Assembly (NCBI RefSeq): GCF_009914755.1
Contig: NC_060938.1
Source of the DNA: the human T2T-CHM13v2.0 reference genome, Homo sapiens
Length of the DNA stretch: 64,000 bases
Strand: one strand, 5' to 3'
Positions 60,690 through 64,000 of the stretch are shown here, one piece after another; position 1 is the first letter of the stretch; each line of letters starts with the position of its first letter. Made by a program: the position numbers and the translations under genes. Under the pieces are notes generated by a model that made no database searches, was not told where the DNA came from, and saw only the letters and a program-made list of their open reading frames with translations.

Positions 60690-62060
60690 GTTGTAACAAT
60701 AGATTTAGAGAAATGATTTAAAGATATTACAGAATCTTCATGAACACCCTTTACCCAGCTTTCTCTAACCTTCATGTGTAACCATAGCATATTTTCCAAC
60801 ACTGAAGAATTAGTGCTTCTACTATACTACATTGACACAATACTATTTAACAATCTAAGCCTTTATTGTTTTTTCAGTTTTCCTATGAATGTCTTTTTCT
60901 GACTTCGATCCAGTCATTGTGTTTAGTCTTATCTCCTTATTGTCCTCTTCTGTGTGACAATCACTGAGTTTTTCATGACCTCAAAGAATACTGAACAAAT
61001 ATTTTGCAAAGTATCCCTGGAGTCATCAATTTTTTTCTGTGTAAGAAGAGGCAAAACATATCTACATGAAATATTTAGATTTATTCTGTAAAGATTTATC
61101 TCTTCTTCCTCATTTATGGACTCAATCATTTATTTCAGTATACATTCATGGATATTGTTTTATTATTTGGGTTTTAATATAATACTTCCATTATTTATTT
61201 TGTTAATCAGATTATTCCGGATTTGGCCATTGGAAGGTCTTCTCTGTTGTCATTTGTGTTCTTTTAAAATGACCCTTGGCCCTTTCTTCAGCACTTTTTA
61301 CTTTGTGACAGTGCAAGGTACCTCAGGCCAGTTTTGATTTTCCCTTCCACAATATAAGACTCAACTATTTTTCCAAGAATGTACTAATTCTAGGATTTTT
61401 AGTGGACAATTCTAGGAAATATACAATGTCTACTAACCCATGTATATTCACCCACACACATCTTTATTCCTCTGTTTATGTCTCTGTATTTATACTGAAG
61501 TAAACACGAGATCATATTGATATCTCTGACTTTACTCCAGACAGCACACAGATTTCATTTCAGCCTTTAACCCTTTGTCTGAAGGTAAGAAGCCTGGCTC
61601 CATTAACTTCAATTTATTTACTTATTTGTTTGATCCTAGATGTAAAGTGACTTTAGAACTGTTTTGAGTAAAATACGTACCAACTAGAGTATAATGTTTA
61701 TGTACAATTCTTTTGCATTTAGCCTTACAATATCCAGTCAAAACACCATTTTTCAAAGTTACATATGTCAGTACTTTATTTCTTTATCCACTTCAATAAG
61801 GTTATTTTATATATTTGTAATGTTTATTTGTCACAGTCTGCATTCCATCTTGTATATGCTAAAATCCTGTTGTTGTTGTTGTTGTTATCGTTGGTGTTGT
61901 TCTGTCATTGTTGTGTTTCCCATTCAGTAAACGTCATCCCTTGTGGTATACAGTTGTATGAGTTTTAACAAATTGATTAAAAAATAAAACATCCTAATAC
62001 TGCTAGAAAACTTTTACTACTCCAAAAATTTCCTTTTGAGGCTTTTTGTAATCAATCCCT
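60690..62060 (-). mobile_element. L1MC/L1MD-type 3' end
   Basis: acaccctttacccagctt, aacaaatattttgcaaagtatccc, ccatttttcaaagttac. Confidence 0.7.
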
Positions 62061-64000
62061 GACATATTATCTAACATCTGCAGCAGTGGAGGAATGTTAG
62101 GCATTTGGGGGCCTGGGATAAGGCATGGGATGAAGAAATTAACTCCTTTTAGAGCCTTTATCCAGTCATCTCATTTTCAGCCTAAATCCCTGCTTTCAGA
62201 TGTACACAGTATTCTAATTCCTCATTCTTGCTAGGATTTTGCCTATAAAATGAACGTCTCTTAAAATCCCGCCCTTCCACCACCCTACAGAGTTAAGTTT
62301 GAGGTTTTCCAACTTTGATAAGTCACCACTTATTCATCTATTTTAAACCTACACTTTATTAGCTCTTTCTTTTTCATTATCACCATAAAGCATATGCTCT
62401 TTGCCCTTTGAGTTTATTATTTTACTAAAATTTACTGGAGATTAAGACAGAAGCAGACATTAATATGTGTACTTAATATTTTATATTTAAAGAAATATAT
62501 AACATGGATAGAATTTGAAAGTGAAATTATTGAGTAAAAAAAAATCAAGTTCCAAAAAATGCACAGATGACATCACCAATTATGTAAATACATAGATATT
62601 TTTAAAGGAGTGGACAAGTATACACATGTATCTCAGTATTTTCTTATGAAGATGGTGTAGGATGTGCGTAAAATGGAAACAACAGGAACACTAATGTTCA
62701 CTGTAATGTTCTACTTTGTTTAAAAAATATTCTAAACTAAAAAGGTAAATTATTATAATTTTTAAATTTAATACAGAGGGGTATGTATGTCTATCATAAT
62801 ATTATTTTTAACTTTGTATATATTTTAAGTATCTCATAATTTAAAAGGTAAAATTTATCACGGTAAAGTTTTCTTAATGGTCAATAATATATTTAGGTCC
62901 CTGATGATTATATATTTATCATGAGACAGACTTCTGGGAATTAGTATCAGATAAGATGACATATTAGATTTCTATATTTTGTCCACTAGCTTTCAATTTC
63001 CAACATGGAAAATGTCACCAATTTATACATGCAGCAGATAAAATTATAAATAACATTTTCTTAAAGACTAACCTGAGACATTCTTTATAGCAATATAGTA
63101 AGTGACAGTAATGAAACCAAATATGCCACCTAATAAGCAGAAAGGAAAAAAAAAACCATGCTTCCTGGACAGATATTCAATATCAATGTGCTTTTGGATC
63201 TCTTTTCTTTACTAAGAATCCTATAATAATCCATAATAATTTGGCTATTATTTCATAATCTATAGAAAGAATGCTATTACAGACATTTACAACTGCTTAA
63301 TTTTCTTCATGTAAAATACCAAATTTTTCACAAGTTTTAAAAGTTATCAATATCCTTAGCTGGTAAGAAATGGGACAGAAAAAAATCACACAAAGGCATG
63401 ACACATTTTGCTTAACTCCAGTAATTATACATTATAGGTATAAAACACATATGCCCACCATTTTCATCACTGTAGCTAGTAAGTTTTCATTGTCATTGGC
63501 CAGGTGGCAGATCTGTTCACATTCCAAAAATTTACTTTTGAAGATCCCTACAAAGGGCTCCCCTTGGCATTAGTCAACAGCAGAGCTATGTCTGCTTTAA
63601 TGTGAACACTTGGTCTCAACATCTGTCATTTTCTTTGCAGCTCATGCCCAGCATCCTTGCTTTTTCTCTTTGTTTCCAGGCATTTGCTGTCTGTATTATG
63701 TTACTTTGCCTTTATCTTCTCCTTTGTTTTGAAAGATACTTATTTCAATAGAAAAATCTCTAAATTGTCGACTGTAAATGTAATTAATGCTGATTAAAAC
63801 ATTCAAGTAATGCATTTATACAATTGAATATAAAATGCCCCTGAGTAACATGCATTGGCTGCAACCATTGGATTAATATACTATATGCTAAATGTGAAAG
63901 ATTCACTTTATTTTCAATGGCACAAATAGATTGAAAGTAAAAGTATGGAAAAATATAGTCTTTGCAAACAGTAACTAAAAGAGATCTGCTGTGGCTGTAC

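Overview
Primate (most likely human) AT-rich genomic DNA, intergenic or deep intronic, made up mostly of transposable-element relics. I recognise no host protein-coding exon, tRNA, rRNA or CRISPR array. Main contents: (1) a full-length young L1PA2/L1PA3-type LINE-1 (4330-10362) with a broken ORF1, an ORF2 interrupted only by two stop codons, and an intact antisense ORF0; (2) an ERV1 MER41B LTR plus internal fragment (1353-3268) whose structure suggests an L1-made processed retrocopy rather than a provirus; (3) a near full-length old L1MA element on the minus strand with a nested THE1 provirus; (4) two further complete THE1 proviruses and several solo MaLR/ERVL LTRs; (5) five Alus, two Tigger/MER2 DNA transposons, and L2, MIR, L3/CR1, HAL1 and L4/RTE-X fossils; (6) a repeat-free block near 59 kb with clustered developmental transcription-factor motifs. 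Subfamily names come from recalled consensus sequences and need RepeatMasker/Dfam confirmation. Boundaries of old elements are approximate. I found no evidence for a wholly new biological system; the most unusual structure is the MER41 retrocopy next to the L1 promoter.
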